Source of the DNA: Desulfopila sp.
GTDB taxonomy: Bacteria; Desulfobacterota; Desulfobulbia; Desulfobulbales; Desulfocapsaceae
NCBI GenBank assembly: GCA_036350815.1
Contig: JAZBNU010000477.1
Location: 1 to 59,525, forward strand
Direction: 5' to 3'
Length of the DNA stretch: 59,525 nucleotides
Shown: positions 20,398 through 30,825 of the stretch, in pieces
Numbering within the stretch: the stretch's first letter is position 1
Layout: each line of letters begins with the position of its first letter
Program-made: the position numbers and the translations under genes
The notes under the pieces: generated by a model
Databases searched by the model: none
Seen by the model: the letters and a program-made list of their open reading frames with translations, nothing else
Told to the model about the DNA's origin: nothing

Positions 20398-20880
20398 TCA
20401 TCCACCCCAGGGCATTTCAGTATATTCCTGAAAAACCTTGTCATGCAGTTCCTGGAAAAAGGCTTCGTGCCCTCTTTCCCATTTGGCCAGTTGCGAGAAA
20501 GCCTGTTTCGCCTTTCCTGAAGACTGGCTGGCGGCATTTTCGTAGAATAAAGAAAGGTCATGTTCAATCAGATAGGCGGTACGCAGGACGGCGACATCTG
20601 GTATCATCGATTCTATCAGGCTTTGATCTAGAAGTTCTTTTTGGGCCCTGTTATCAAACCAGCCGTCATCGGTAAGGTCCATGTCGCTTTCTCCTGCCTC
20701 CTCTTCAGGGGAACTCATCAATTTCTCGATATATTTGATGTGCTTGAGCTCTTCATCCGCCAGCTTTTGAAAAATCTCCGCCGCTGCGGCATGAGTAGCT
20801 TTTTCGGCGTTTCTCGCAAAGAACTGGTACCCTTCTTTTTCTCGTTGCAAAGCATATTCATAAATTTTCTGCAGGTTCAT
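20398..20880 (-). CDS. Rubrerythrin/ferritin-like di-iron protein
   Basis: Duplicated E..F(Y)...ExxH helix pairs (EELKH, WERGH). Confidence 0.85.
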   Translation of the reverse strand: MNLQKIYEYALQREKEGYQFFARNAEKATHAAAAEIFQKLADEELKHIKYIEKLMSSPEEEAGESDMDLTDDGWFDNRAQKELLDQSLIESMIPDVAVLRTAYLIEHDLSLFYENAASQSSGKAKQAFSQLAKWERGHEAFFQELHDKVFQEYTEMPWGG

Positions 20881-21653
20881 GTAAGATCTCCCATTGTATG
20901 TTCTTTACCGAAAAGACGCCAGTAAAGCAGGTTATGGTTTTCATTGTCCAGATAGAATTCTTTTTGTTGTTACAGGATACAGAGTATCGTATTTTCCCTT
21001 TCTAATCCATGTTTTTTGCTACAGAACTTTCTGTGATTTTTTTCAGGGGAGAAAAAGATGCAGCGACTTGCTGTGAATCGCCGGGCAAACATTATGGAGT
21101 ATCCTCGGGTTCATCCCCAAAAGTATTCCTCTTCTTAATCATGCTTATGTAGATGAGAAACATTTATTAGAATTTTTTCAAAAATATCTGGGTTAGTGAG
21201 TGGCACTATCTGTGTTGAGCAGAGAAAATGCCTGGCCTAAAATAGTGCTATATGACAGTTTTGTACGGAAGGCACCAAAAGGTATTTTCCTGGCCATCAG
21301 GGGGGAATTGTCGCCGGGCGGTTTGTTAGACCATTTTTTTATGACGATAATTCTGTTACTTATCGAGGCAAGACCACAAATCTTACAGGTCTCGGCAGAA
21401 AATCGGCATAATTTTTATTGTCATCATGGCGAGGTTATGGTACCGGTTGTTAATCTCATAAATTCTGTATTACCAGTTGTTTTAGGCATTCTTTTCATTT
21501 GCAGTTCGTTTGGGTACCGCTTTGCGTTTTTGATTGACGACAGTGCTTCTGTCATCTGAAGTACCCGTGAAACGGGACAGATGCGGATGTTTCGTCGTTT
21601 CCATTACGCATGCTACTCTGAAGTTCTGTTTTAACCCTAAAAGAGGAGACCGT

Positions 21654-22835
21654 ATGATGAGGAAGCTAACGTATCTTGTGGTGGCATCCTGTGTTCTGAT
21701 GCTTTGTCTTTCGACAAATGCATGGAGCCAGAGGAAAACGACTATCAAAGTGGGAATTAATGCTCCCATGACCGGGGATATTCCCAAAGTAGGCGAGGGA
21801 ACCAAGTATGCTGCTGAAATGTGGCTTGAAGACGTTAAAGCGGCTGGCGGGATTGAAGTGGGCGGGGAAAAATTTCCGGTTGAGATTGTTCTCGAGGATA
21901 ATGAGTCAAAAGCTGAATCAGCGGTTACAGCCAACACAAAAATGATAACTCAGGATGATGTTCTCATAATTATCGGACCACAGTCCTCCAAGCAGGCTGT
22001 ACCGGCCGGCGATGTCGCCAACAATTATGAAACCCCCATGATCAGCCCATGGTCCACCAACCCGGCAACGACAGAAGATCGCCCCTATGTTTTCAGAGGA
22101 TGTTTTCTAGATCCCTTCCAGGGACCGGTGCTGGCAAATTTTATTTCTGAGGAATTTGGTTTTACAAAAGCAGCGGTGCTTTACGATGTGGCCAGCGACT
22201 ACCCTAAAGGACTGGCTGAGTTTTTTAAAATGGCATGGGAGGAGAAGCATGGTGCCGGTTCTGTGGTCGCCTATGAAAGCTTTACCACAAGAGATACCGA
22301 TTTCAGCTCTCAGCTGACGAAAATCATACGATCCGGAGCGCAGGTTCTTTTTACCCCTCAATACTACAACGAGGTCGCTTTAATCGTGCAGCAGGCCAAG
22401 GGGCTCGGCTGGCAGGGACCAATTGTCGGAAGTGACAGCTGGGGGTCAGCAGAAACCGTTGAACTCTGCGGCGAAGCCTGCTACGGACAGTTTTTCAGTA
22501 CCCATTATGCCGCTGCAGGAGCCGTCGGCGCTACAAAGGAATTTATTGACCGCTACAACGCAAAGTATGGGTATGTTCCTGATGATGTTGCCGCTCTGAC
22601 CTGGGATGCTCTCCGTCTTGCGCAGGCCGCTATTGAATCCAGCGGTAAGATCACCGGCAGGATAAAAGCCGATCGTAAGGCAGTCAGAGATGCTCTGGCC
22701 AAAATCGAAAATTTTGAAGGAATTACCGGAAACATGACTTTCACTGAAGAAGGCGATCCAAAGAAATGTGCTGTGATCGTCAAAATCAGTGATAAAGGAG
22801 AGTACGAATTCTACAAATCCATCTGTCCTGAATAA
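21654..22835 (+). CDS. livK: Branched-chain amino acid ABC transporter substrate-binding protein
   Basis: RBS GAGGAG, signal peptide, IKVGINAPMTG, FRGCFLDPFQG. Confidence 0.85.
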   Translation: MMRKLTYLVVASCVLMLCLSTNAWSQRKTTIKVGINAPMTGDIPKVGEGTKYAAEMWLEDVKAAGGIEVGGEKFPVEIVLEDNESKAESAVTANTKMITQDDVLIIIGPQSSKQAVPAGDVANNYETPMISPWSTNPATTEDRPYVFRGCFLDPFQGPVLANFISEEFGFTKAAVLYDVASDYPKGLAEFFKMAWEEKHGAGSVVAYESFTTRDTDFSSQLTKIIRSGAQVLFTPQYYNEVALIVQQAKGLGWQGPIVGSDSWGSAETVELCGEACYGQFFSTHYAAAGAVGATKEFIDRYNAKYGYVPDDVAALTWDALRLAQAAIESSGKITGRIKADRKAVRDALAKIENFEGITGNMTFTEEGDPKKCAVIVKISDKGEYEFYKSICPE

Positions 22836-22876
22836 AATGCATTGCCAGGCAGTGAAACAGCGCTGCATGGTTTCTT

Positions 22877-22912
22877 TTCTTCAGGATACGGCCTCGGCTG
22901 TATCCTGAAGAA
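22877..22912 (+). other. Intergenic stem-loop after the binding-protein gene (probable mRNA-stabilising structure)
   Basis: TTCTTCAGGATACGGC-CTCG-GCTGTATCCTGAAGAA, a 16-bp stem with no U-tail. Confidence 0.6.
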
Positions 22913-23053
22913 TCCGCCGGCTGTTTTTGCCTGTCCACAGCTGCACCACATCATACGAGATGGTCATCTGTCGACAGGCAGTATTTTGTCTCATTTTACA
23001 GAGCCTCAGGCTGAAGTGCTCTTTTTTTCATCAGAATAAACGGGAGCTGTGTA

Positions 23054-23968
23054 ATGGAATATTTTTTTCAGAACCTGATCAATGCCTTGCAATGGGGAAG
23101 TTTTTACGCCGTTATATCCATCGGCTACTCCATGGTTTACGGCGTCCTTATGCTTTTCAACTTCGCCCACGGTGATATTTTTATGGTGGGAACGTATATC
23201 GGCTTAGGTATCGCCACCCTTCTGCTGGCACTTTGCTCTGCTTTCATGCCGGGCTGGATGATCTTTGTTCTGACTGTAGTTGTCACCATGTTTCTTGCTT
23301 CATTTGTGGGTGTCTTTGTGGAAATGGTGGGATACAGGCCATTACGCGGTGCGCCCCGAGCATCCGCAGCCATAACAGGTTTGATGATTGGCATAATTTT
23401 TGAGACCGGCAACCTCATTATCCTCGGTGCCCAGCGTTTCAGCTTTCCGCCGCTGATGGAATCTGTTTCCTATAATGTTGGCGGAGTCTACTTCACCAAC
23501 GTCAAGGTTCTTATTATTGTCGTCTCTCTCATATTGATGCTTGCCCTGCACACTTTTATCCAAAAAACCAAATGGGGAATGGCGATGCGGGCCATGTCCT
23601 ACGACTTTCTTGCTGTTCCTCTTATGGGGGTTTCCATCAACGTTATCGCTCCTCTGACCTTTGCCATAGGTGCAGGGCTTGCATCGGTTGCCGGTATTCT
23701 CTACGGACAGGCGTACCCGATACTGGACCCCTATATGGGTATTCTTATAGGCTGGAAGGCATTCGTCGCCGCAATCCTGGGAGGAAGAGGCTCTATCATG
23801 GGAGCCGCACTTGCCGGGTATCTTCTTGGCTTTATCGAAATATTCGTGGCAATGGTTTTTCCTTCTACCTTCAGAGATCTGATCGCCTATTCCATTATCC
23901 TTGTCATTTTAACGTTCAGGCCTCGAGGATTTTTTGGAATGGCCCATAGTACCCAGCTCAGACTGTAG
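23054..23968 (+). CDS. livH: BCAA ABC transporter permease
   Basis: GYSMVYG..FNFAHG, GMAMRA, KAFVAAILGG. Confidence 0.9.
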   Translation: MEYFFQNLINALQWGSFYAVISIGYSMVYGVLMLFNFAHGDIFMVGTYIGLGIATLLLALCSAFMPGWMIFVLTVVVTMFLASFVGVFVEMVGYRPLRGAPRASAAITGLMIGIIFETGNLIILGAQRFSFPPLMESVSYNVGGVYFTNVKVLIIVVSLILMLALHTFIQKTKWGMAMRAMSYDFLAVPLMGVSINVIAPLTFAIGAGLASVAGILYGQAYPILDPYMGILIGWKAFVAAILGGRGSIMGAALAGYLLGFIEIFVAMVFPSTFRDLIAYSIILVILTFRPRGFFGMAHSTQLRL

Positions 23969-24015
23969 ATAGAGGCTGCAGGTTCTCCATTTTTTCAAGC
24001 ATACAGGAATCTCGC

Positions 24016-25293
24016 ATGAAAATGATTAAAAAATTTTTGGGGCTGTTTGCCGTTGTTCCTTTTGCCGGCTGGCTTCTTGGCGGTTTTGCGGCGGTGTTGA
24101 TGGAGTATTACCTGGGAGATTTGATCTCCTACTACCTCTATCTGCCGAAAATACCGGTTCTGTTCGGCACCCTCGTTGTTATGAAAGAGCCGCTTCTGAT
24201 TCCAAATGTACTGGCCTATGATCTTGTCATTTATTTTATCCCGATTTTGGTACTGGGGCGGGTTTTTGCACCATTGACCAACGGCATTGCCGCAATGCTC
24301 GAAAAAACTCCCGTATGGGTGGCAACATTGGTGCATCTGGTGGCTCTCTATGGGATACTGCACCTCTGGGCAGGGATAAACGACTATCGTACCTTGGTAG
24401 TCAAGATGACGATGATCTCCATTATTCTGACCATCAGTCTGAATGTCATCAATGGTTATCAGGGTGAATTTTCCTGCTCCCATCCCGGCTTCATGGCTTT
24501 GGGCGCATATACTTCATCGACTCTGACGCTGATGCTTTTTGCCAATGACAAGATGTTCGGACCAGCTCTGCTGCCTCCTGAACTGGGGCCCTGGCTTTTC
24601 CCTCTGATTCTCGTCGCCGGTGGTGCGGTAGCCGCTCTGGGTTCTCTTATTGTTGCAATTCCTTCGTTTCGCACCAGGGGGGATTATCTCGCCATTATCT
24701 CTCTTGCCTTTATGTTCATTGTTAAAAGCGCGGTGGAAAATCTTGAGGTTCTCGGCGGTCCTCGCGGCATGAGCAGTCAGCCGAACTATGCTTCTCTTCC
24801 GGTTGTCTTCTGCTGGATGGCGCTCTGTATCTGGATTATCCATAATTTTACTACTTCAGTTATGGGAAAAGCCCTCAATGCTGTGCGGGACAATGAAGCT
24901 GCTGCCAACTCCATGACGGTTAACACCCGTAAGACAAAAATGACTGCCTTTATGTTCGGCGCTTTCTGGGCCGGAGTGGCCGGCGGCCTTTTCGCGCATG
25001 TGCTGCGCTATGTTAATCCCGGCTCTTTCGGTATACAAAAGCTTGCGGAAATCCTGGCAATGGTCTACTTCGGGGGTCTTAATTCCATTTATGGTTCGAT
25101 CGTCGGAGCCGTCAGTATCAGTGTATTGAGTGAGGCTCTTCGGCCGCTTGAGCTGTTCAAATGGATTATCATTCCGCTCATTCTGATCCTGGTAATGATC
25201 TTCCGCCCCCATGGCCTGATCTCATTTACTGAACTGAACGTCAAGGCAATAATGCGGCCCAGAAACAAAAAACGCTCAGCAGGAGTTGAATAA
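24016..25293 (+). CDS. livM: BCAA ABC transporter permease
   Basis: SLNVINGYQG, RTRGDYLAI, AVRDNE, FRPHGL. Confidence 0.88.
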   Translation: MKMIKKFLGLFAVVPFAGWLLGGFAAVLMEYYLGDLISYYLYLPKIPVLFGTLVVMKEPLLIPNVLAYDLVIYFIPILVLGRVFAPLTNGIAAMLEKTPVWVATLVHLVALYGILHLWAGINDYRTLVVKMTMISIILTISLNVINGYQGEFSCSHPGFMALGAYTSSTLTLMLFANDKMFGPALLPPELGPWLFPLILVAGGAVAALGSLIVAIPSFRTRGDYLAIISLAFMFIVKSAVENLEVLGGPRGMSSQPNYASLPVVFCWMALCIWIIHNFTTSVMGKALNAVRDNEAAANSMTVNTRKTKMTAFMFGAFWAGVAGGLFAHVLRYVNPGSFGIQKLAEILAMVYFGGLNSIYGSIVGAVSISVLSEALRPLELFKWIIIPLILILVMIFRPHGLISFTELNVKAIMRPRNKKRSAGVE

Positions 25294-26066
25294 TGGCACC
25301 ATTGCTCGAAGTCCAGAACATGACGCATTACTTCGGTGGTCTCCGTGCGGTAAACAACTTCAATCTTTCGATCGAAGCCGGGCAGATAAGTGGTCTGATT
25401 GGTCCGAACGGAGCAGGGAAGACAACCGTCTTTAATCTTATCTCAGGAGTGTATACTCCCACGGAAGGCACAATAGAACTTGAGGGAAAAAATATCAAAG
25501 GAGTCGAAACCCATCGTATCGCCTCAATGGGATTGGGGCGAACGTTTCAGAACCTTTTGCTGTGGCGCCATATGAATGTGATTGATCATATCCGTATGGC
25601 TCATTACTCCCAGTTGACCTATGGCCTTTTCGGCGCCTTTTTTGGTACACCAGCCTGCAGAAGACAGGAGGATGAAGTCATTGCCAATTCGGAAAAATTG
25701 ATGGAAATTTTCGATATCAAGCAGTTTTCCAGTCATCTTGTCGGGAATCTCCCTTATGGTGCGCAACGCCGGGTTGAGATGGCCCGGGCGATGGCTACCA
25801 GACCGAAAATTCTCTTTCTTGACGAACCCACTGCCGGGATGACCCCTGATGAACTGATTCGGATGATTGAGATCATCCGTCAGGTGCATAGAGACTTTGG
25901 TGTGGCTATTTTTCTGATAGAACATCGTATGAAATTTGTCATGGAACTGTGTCAGTCCATCCAGACCCTGGTGTTTGGCGAAGTCATTGCCGAAGGCCCG
26001 CCGGAGCAGATTCAGAATAACCCGAAAGTCATTGAAGCCTATCTGGGCAAGGAGGATGTTCACTGA
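25293..26066 (+). CDS. livG: BCAA ABC transporter ATPase
   Basis: GPNGAGKTT, RTFQN, LPYG, DEPTAG, VIEAYLG. Confidence 0.92.
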   Translation: MAPLLEVQNMTHYFGGLRAVNNFNLSIEAGQISGLIGPNGAGKTTVFNLISGVYTPTEGTIELEGKNIKGVETHRIASMGLGRTFQNLLLWRHMNVIDHIRMAHYSQLTYGLFGAFFGTPACRRQEDEVIANSEKLMEIFDIKQFSSHLVGNLPYGAQRRVEMARAMATRPKILFLDEPTAGMTPDELIRMIEIIRQVHRDFGVAIFLIEHRMKFVMELCQSIQTLVFGEVIAEGPPEQIQNNPKVIEAYLGKEDVH

Positions 26067-26779
26067 TGCAATTAGTCGTGGAAAACCTCTCCGTATCTTA
26101 CGGTAAAATAAAAGCGCTGCATGGGATTAGCTTTTCCGTGGAGCAGGGTGAAATAGTCACCATAATTGGAGCCAACGGCGCAGGAAAAAGCACGACGTTA
26201 CGTGCCATTTCCCGCATGATTCCGGCGGAGCCCGGCTCAAAGATCGAGTTTATGGGACAGAATATTTTGAAATACAACACCGACAAAGTTGTCTCTAAGC
26301 TGGGTATTTCTCATGTCCCTGAAGGAAGGATGATTTTTGGCAACCTGACGGTAACGGAGAACCTCGTTTTGGCAACTTTTGCTCGCAAGGACAGCGATGA
26401 AGTCGTTAAGGACAGGAAATGGGTTTTTGATCTTTTTCCGAGACTGGCTGAGCGTAAAAATCAGCTTGCCGAGACGCTAAGCGGTGGAGAACAGCAGATG
26501 CTCGCAGTTGGCCGGGCTTACATGAGTGGTCGGAAAATTATGATCCTGGATGAGCCTTCCATGGGACTGGCACCTTTGCTCATGCTGGATATGTTTGAAG
26601 CGCTCAAAGAGATCAACAGCCAGGGAACCACCATATTGCTGGTGGAGCAGAACGCCAGGCTGGCCCTGAAGTTTGCTCAGCGCGGATACGTTCTGGAAAA
26701 TGGTCATTTAGTCCTGCAGGGTCCTGCCGGTGAGTTGCTTGACAACCCTGAGGTGAAAAAAGCATATCTCGGTGCTTGA
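26066..26779 (+). CDS. livF: BCAA ABC transporter ATPase
   Basis: GANGAGKST, VPEGR, LSGGEQQM, DEPSMGL. Confidence 0.92.
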   Translation: MQLVVENLSVSYGKIKALHGISFSVEQGEIVTIIGANGAGKSTTLRAISRMIPAEPGSKIEFMGQNILKYNTDKVVSKLGISHVPEGRMIFGNLTVTENLVLATFARKDSDEVVKDRKWVFDLFPRLAERKNQLAETLSGGEQQMLAVGRAYMSGRKIMILDEPSMGLAPLLMLDMFEALKEINSQGTTILLVEQNARLALKFAQRGYVLENGHLVLQGPAGELLDNPEVKKAYLGA

Positions 26780-26846
26780 TTTACAGCGGGTGCACGAGGA
26801 AAAAACGTTGCTACGGTAGAGGAAGGACAGGTGGTGACAGGGATCA

Positions 26847-27656
26847 CTATGCGTCTTTCCTGGCAAAAAGATAGAGGTTTTCCGGTTGGGGCTGCCAACT
26901 GCCCTCGTCAAATTTTCGCCGGATTTGACGGGCTGTCTCACGGACTTCCTGTTCTGTTGAAAGGGCCCAGTGGTTTTCTATCAGGTCGGCAGGCGGTTCA
27001 GCCTGGATTACTACTGTACAGTGTAATTGTTCCAGAATAGAGATTACCTGGGGTTGAGTGATATCGTATACTCCTTCGCGCAGATGAGGCGATTTCCCGA
27101 ACGCTTCTATCCATGTTCGCGCCAGGTTGCGCGAGAGAAACGGAACCCAGGGGATCTTACAGTGGCCCTCCCAGCCATTTCTGGCATCCTGGGCCCGGAT
27201 TGCAATGACCCCTCCTTTTCTGGTCACTCGAACAAGCTCACGGAGAACATGGCTTGGATGTCGAATGTGCTCAAAAACATACCAGGAGGCCACCGCTGAA
27301 AAAGAATTTGCCGGAAAAGGCAACTCCTCCCCGTCTGCAATTACACATCGATTTTTCCATGAGGCAGGGCTGTCAGTATACTCAATAAGTTTTTTATATC
27401 TGGTGATTTTCCCCGGCAGGATATCAACTCCCCACATATCCATGTGACGACGCAGTCCTTCAAGGACAAAATAGCCAACTCCGCAACCGAAATCCAGTAT
27501 AGGACCATTCTGCAGGGCGGGGTCTATTTGATCGAGCGCGCTCTGGAGTTGATTCCAGCGGGTGCTGCCTTTTCTTATCTTTTTCTCGTTGAGGAGACTG
27601 TTGCGGCTATATTTTTCACCCTGTTTAAACCGGTCCGTCGATAACGTTGCCTGCAT
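26847..27656 (-). CDS. Class I SAM-dependent methyltransferase
   Basis: ILDFGCGVG, ADGEELPF, VFEHI, RVTRKGG. Confidence 0.85.
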   Translation of the reverse strand: MQATLSTDRFKQGEKYSRNSLLNEKKIRKGSTRWNQLQSALDQIDPALQNGPILDFGCGVGYFVLEGLRRHMDMWGVDILPGKITRYKKLIEYTDSPASWKNRCVIADGEELPFPANSFSAVASWYVFEHIRHPSHVLRELVRVTRKGGVIAIRAQDARNGWEGHCKIPWVPFLSRNLARTWIEAFGKSPHLREGVYDITQPQVISILEQLHCTVVIQAEPPADLIENHWALSTEQEVRETARQIRRKFDEGSWQPQPENLYLFARKDA

Positions 27657-28156
27657 TTTGTGCTCGCTTGTTTACTTGAGGAGGAAGGAAAAGAATACAG
27701 TAACTGTTTGTATCTCTTTTCCTATAATAATCACAGTCTGAATCCGTTGCCGCAGATATTTCCAACACCACGATGTGCTCTTGTCTTATTGTACAAGCGG
27801 TGATAAAGTTAGAGATAATCATTCCTTTGCCCTCTGTAGCCTGGTGGAGTCTGCGTTTTCCAGCGGCGAGATCCGGCCGGCAAGGTGAGAAACTGCACAA
27901 ATCAACCTGTCGGGTTGCCGGAAGCATGTTTCAAATGGGGCGGTGGAGCGACAGATGTATGACGCAGGGCTGTTTTGCCTTTGCTCCCCTGCCACAGCTT
28001 TTCCTGAACTTCTTCTGGTGCGGTTTTTCCGGACGGTATGACCGCTGTGTTCCGAACCGATCTCCTTCTGCTGTAAAACGCTGTAATTCCTACAGATGGC
28101 AAAGATGTCTTTCGCTGCCTTATTATGTTGGAAACTGTTGAGGATGGAGGGAGAAT

Positions 28157-29308
28157 ATGAGAACAAAAATGGAGGGTTTTGCCAAGCGCTATATCACCGA
28201 GATGCTGGGAACAGCTGATATCAGAATAAATGGTTCAAGGGCCTGGGACATCCAGGTAGGAGATCAGCGTTTCTATACACGTGTTCTGCTGAACGCCTCA
28301 CTGGGACTGGGGGAGTCCTATATGGATGGTTGGTGGGAGTGTGAAGCACTGGATCAGTTTTTTTATAAATTGCTTCGCCGGAGACTGGATCGTACTGTTC
28401 TTCCTAAAATCAAGGCGTTTTCACATTCGTTGAAGGCAACGGTGTTGAATCGGCAAAACCGGCGAAAAGCCCATGAGGTCGGAGAAAAGCATTATGATGC
28501 CGGAAATGATCTTTTTGAATTGATGCTTGACTCCCAAATGACGTATAGTTGCGGTTACTGGAAAGATGTTGATGACGTTGATCAGGCCCAGAAAGCTAAA
28601 CTGGATCTGATATGCCGCAAACTTAAGTTGGAGCCTGGAATGCGGCTTCTTGATATTGGCTGCGGCTGGGGCGGTCTTGCCCGTTATGCGGCGGCTCATT
28701 ATGATGTTACAACGATAGGATTGACCGTCTCAAAAGAGCAGGCAGAATTGGCCCAGCAACGTTGCCGCGGATTGCCTGTGGAAATCCGGCTGGAGGACTA
28801 TCGCGATATCGACGGCACCTATGACGCCATAGTATCGGTTGGCATGTTTGAGCATGTCGGCTATAAAAATTATAAAAAATTCATGGAAGTGGCACGGCGT
28901 TCACTCAAAAAGGACGGGCTGCTGCTACTCCATACCATTGCTTCCAATAGAACAGTGCGTCATTGTGATCCCTGGTTTGATAAATACATTTTTCCAAACG
29001 GGATGCTGCCTTCCATTAAACAGATTGGTGAAGCCCTGGAGGATACCTTCGTAATGGAGGACTGGCAGAATATGGGAGCGTACTATGATAAGACTCTGAT
29101 GGCGTGGTATGGGAATTTCCAGCGTAACCGGGACCGGCTGAAAAAGAAATATAACGAGAGATTCCAGCGTATGTGGCAGTATTATCTTCTTTCCGTCGCG
29201 GGGGCATTTCGTGCCAGGACCATGCAGGTCTGGCAACTGGTGCTTTCTCCGGAAGGAGTTGTTGGTGGGTATCCAGGAATTCGGTGTGCCCGCTGTGTTG
29301 ATCAGTGA
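28157..29308 (+). CDS. cfa: Cyclopropane-fatty-acyl-phospholipid synthase
   Basis: GLGESYMDGWW, HYDAGNDLF, YSCGYW, LDIGCGWGG, YIFPNG. Confidence 0.92.
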   Translation: MRTKMEGFAKRYITEMLGTADIRINGSRAWDIQVGDQRFYTRVLLNASLGLGESYMDGWWECEALDQFFYKLLRRRLDRTVLPKIKAFSHSLKATVLNRQNRRKAHEVGEKHYDAGNDLFELMLDSQMTYSCGYWKDVDDVDQAQKAKLDLICRKLKLEPGMRLLDIGCGWGGLARYAAAHYDVTTIGLTVSKEQAELAQQRCRGLPVEIRLEDYRDIDGTYDAIVSVGMFEHVGYKNYKKFMEVARRSLKKDGLLLLHTIASNRTVRHCDPWFDKYIFPNGMLPSIKQIGEALEDTFVMEDWQNMGAYYDKTLMAWYGNFQRNRDRLKKKYNERFQRMWQYYLLSVAGAFRARTMQVWQLVLSPEGVVGGYPGIRCARCVDQ

Positions 29309-29409
29309 CCCTCTGGGTCAGTACACGCTTTGAGTTTCCATACAGGAAAGAGTGTTTAACCGGCTGCACCTTGCGGAACCGGTATGGCTGAGGTGGCCGC
29401 AAAGGTTCA

Positions 29410-30825
29410 ATGGTTTTTAATTCCTTAACATTTTTAGTCTTTTTTGCGGTGGTGCATTGTGTCTATGCACTACCGCTTTCCTGGCAGAACCGCAAGAAAC
29501 ACCTCTGGCTGTCAAGCTACATTTTTTACGCGGCATGGAACCCTCCCTTTGTTATCCTTTTGTGGATTTCCACTGTGGTCGACTGGTATGCCGGAAAAAG
29601 AATTGCCCAGGCAGACAGTATCAAACGAAAAAGAATATTCCTCTTCCTCAGCCTTATAACTAATCTTGGCCTCCTGGGGTATTTCAAATACGGTACCTTT
29701 ATTCTCGAGTCGCTGGTGCATCTTCTTTCTGCGGTGGGCATTGCCTATCAGCCGGCACCGTCGAACATTATTCTGCCTGTAGGAATTTCTTTTTACACCT
29801 TTCAATCACTCTCCTATTCTCTCGATATTTATCGCGGGAAAATGCAGCCGTGGGCAAAATTTTCCGATTTTGCCTTCTTTGTCACCTTCTTTCCTCAGCT
29901 TGTGGCTGGTCCGATAGTTCGTGCCGTCGATTTTCTGCCGCAGTGCCGCGAAGCCCGACGTGCAACCGCATATCAGATGGGATGGGGGGGATCGCTTCTT
30001 GTGCTTGGCTTATTTGAGAAGGTTGTTCTGGCTGATGCACTTATGGCACCTGTGGCTGATACTGTTTTTGCTGCGGTTTCTTCTGCGGGAAGCGGAGACG
30101 CCTGGTTCGGTCTTTTCGCTTTTTCCGCGCAGATTTTTTTTGATTTTTCCGGGTATTCGCTCTGTGCCGTCGGGGCGGCTATGACTTTTGGATTTGTTTT
30201 GCCGGACAACTTCAAGTTCCCCTACGCAGCGATCGGTTTTTCCGATTTCTGGCGGCGATGGCACATCTCTCTTTCCACCTGGCTGCGGGACTATCTCTAC
30301 ATACCCTTGGGAGGGAACAGAAAAGGAAATCTGCGGACTTATTTGAATCTGATGATCACAATGCTGGTGGGAGGGCTCTGGCATGGCGCTTCCTGGCGCT
30401 TTGTCGTCTGGGGTGGGTTACATGGACTGTATCTTGCCGCAGAGCGGTTCCTGGTATCTCTATATGGCGAGAGCCATTTCTTCAGGAGGGGAGTGGTCCG
30501 CTTGTTCCTTGCGCTACTGACCTTTGTCTGTGTTTCTGTAACCTATGTCTTTTTTAGAGCCCAGGATTTCCCTGATGCCTTTCATCTTCTGATAACCTTG
30601 TTTTCAGGAGCTGAGGGGCAGCTGCTTTCTTCCCAGGAGACCATCCAGGTGTCCATTGTTCTGGGTGGGTTATTGACGGGACAGTGGGTATTGCGTGACA
30701 GTAGCCTGGAAGAGATAAGTAGGAAAATTCCCGCGTGTGTAAAAATCATGCTGATTTGCGGGGCATTGCTTGCCCTGAGTCTGCATACAGGAGAAGACCG
30801 TGCCTTTATTTATTTCCAATTCTAG
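29410..30825 (+). CDS. MBOAT O-acyltransferase (AlgI/DltB-like)
   Basis: LPVGISFYTFQ, FPQLVAGPI, DFSGYS, FWRRWHISLS, GLWHGA, FIYFQF. Confidence 0.9.
   Translation: MVFNSLTFLVFFAVVHCVYALPLSWQNRKKHLWLSSYIFYAAWNPPFVILLWISTVVDWYAGKRIAQADSIKRKRIFLFLSLITNLGLLGYFKYGTFILESLVHLLSAVGIAYQPAPSNIILPVGISFYTFQSLSYSLDIYRGKMQPWAKFSDFAFFVTFFPQLVAGPIVRAVDFLPQCREARRATAYQMGWGGSLLVLGLFEKVVLADALMAPVADTVFAAVSSAGSGDAWFGLFAFSAQIFFDFSGYSLCAVGAAMTFGFVLPDNFKFPYAAIGFSDFWRRWHISLSTWLRDYLYIPLGGNRKGNLRTYLNLMITMLVGGLWHGASWRFVVWGGLHGLYLAAERFLVSLYGESHFFRRGVVRLFLALLTFVCVSVTYVFFRAQDFPDAFHLLITLFSGAEGQLLSSQETIQVSIVLGGLLTGQWVLRDSSLEEISRKIPACVKIMLICGALLALSLHTGEDRAFIYFQF

Noticed and set aside
20894-21653. ORFs or a riboswitch upstream of livK; TGGCAC at 21201
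   Set aside because: The ORFs lack RBS and motifs, no aptamer is recognisable, and the TGGCAC has no GC at -12.
27657-28156. Overlapping 66-122 aa ORFs or an ncRNA between the methyltransferase and cfa
   Set aside because: No recognisable protein or RNA motif. Treated as a divergent promoter region.
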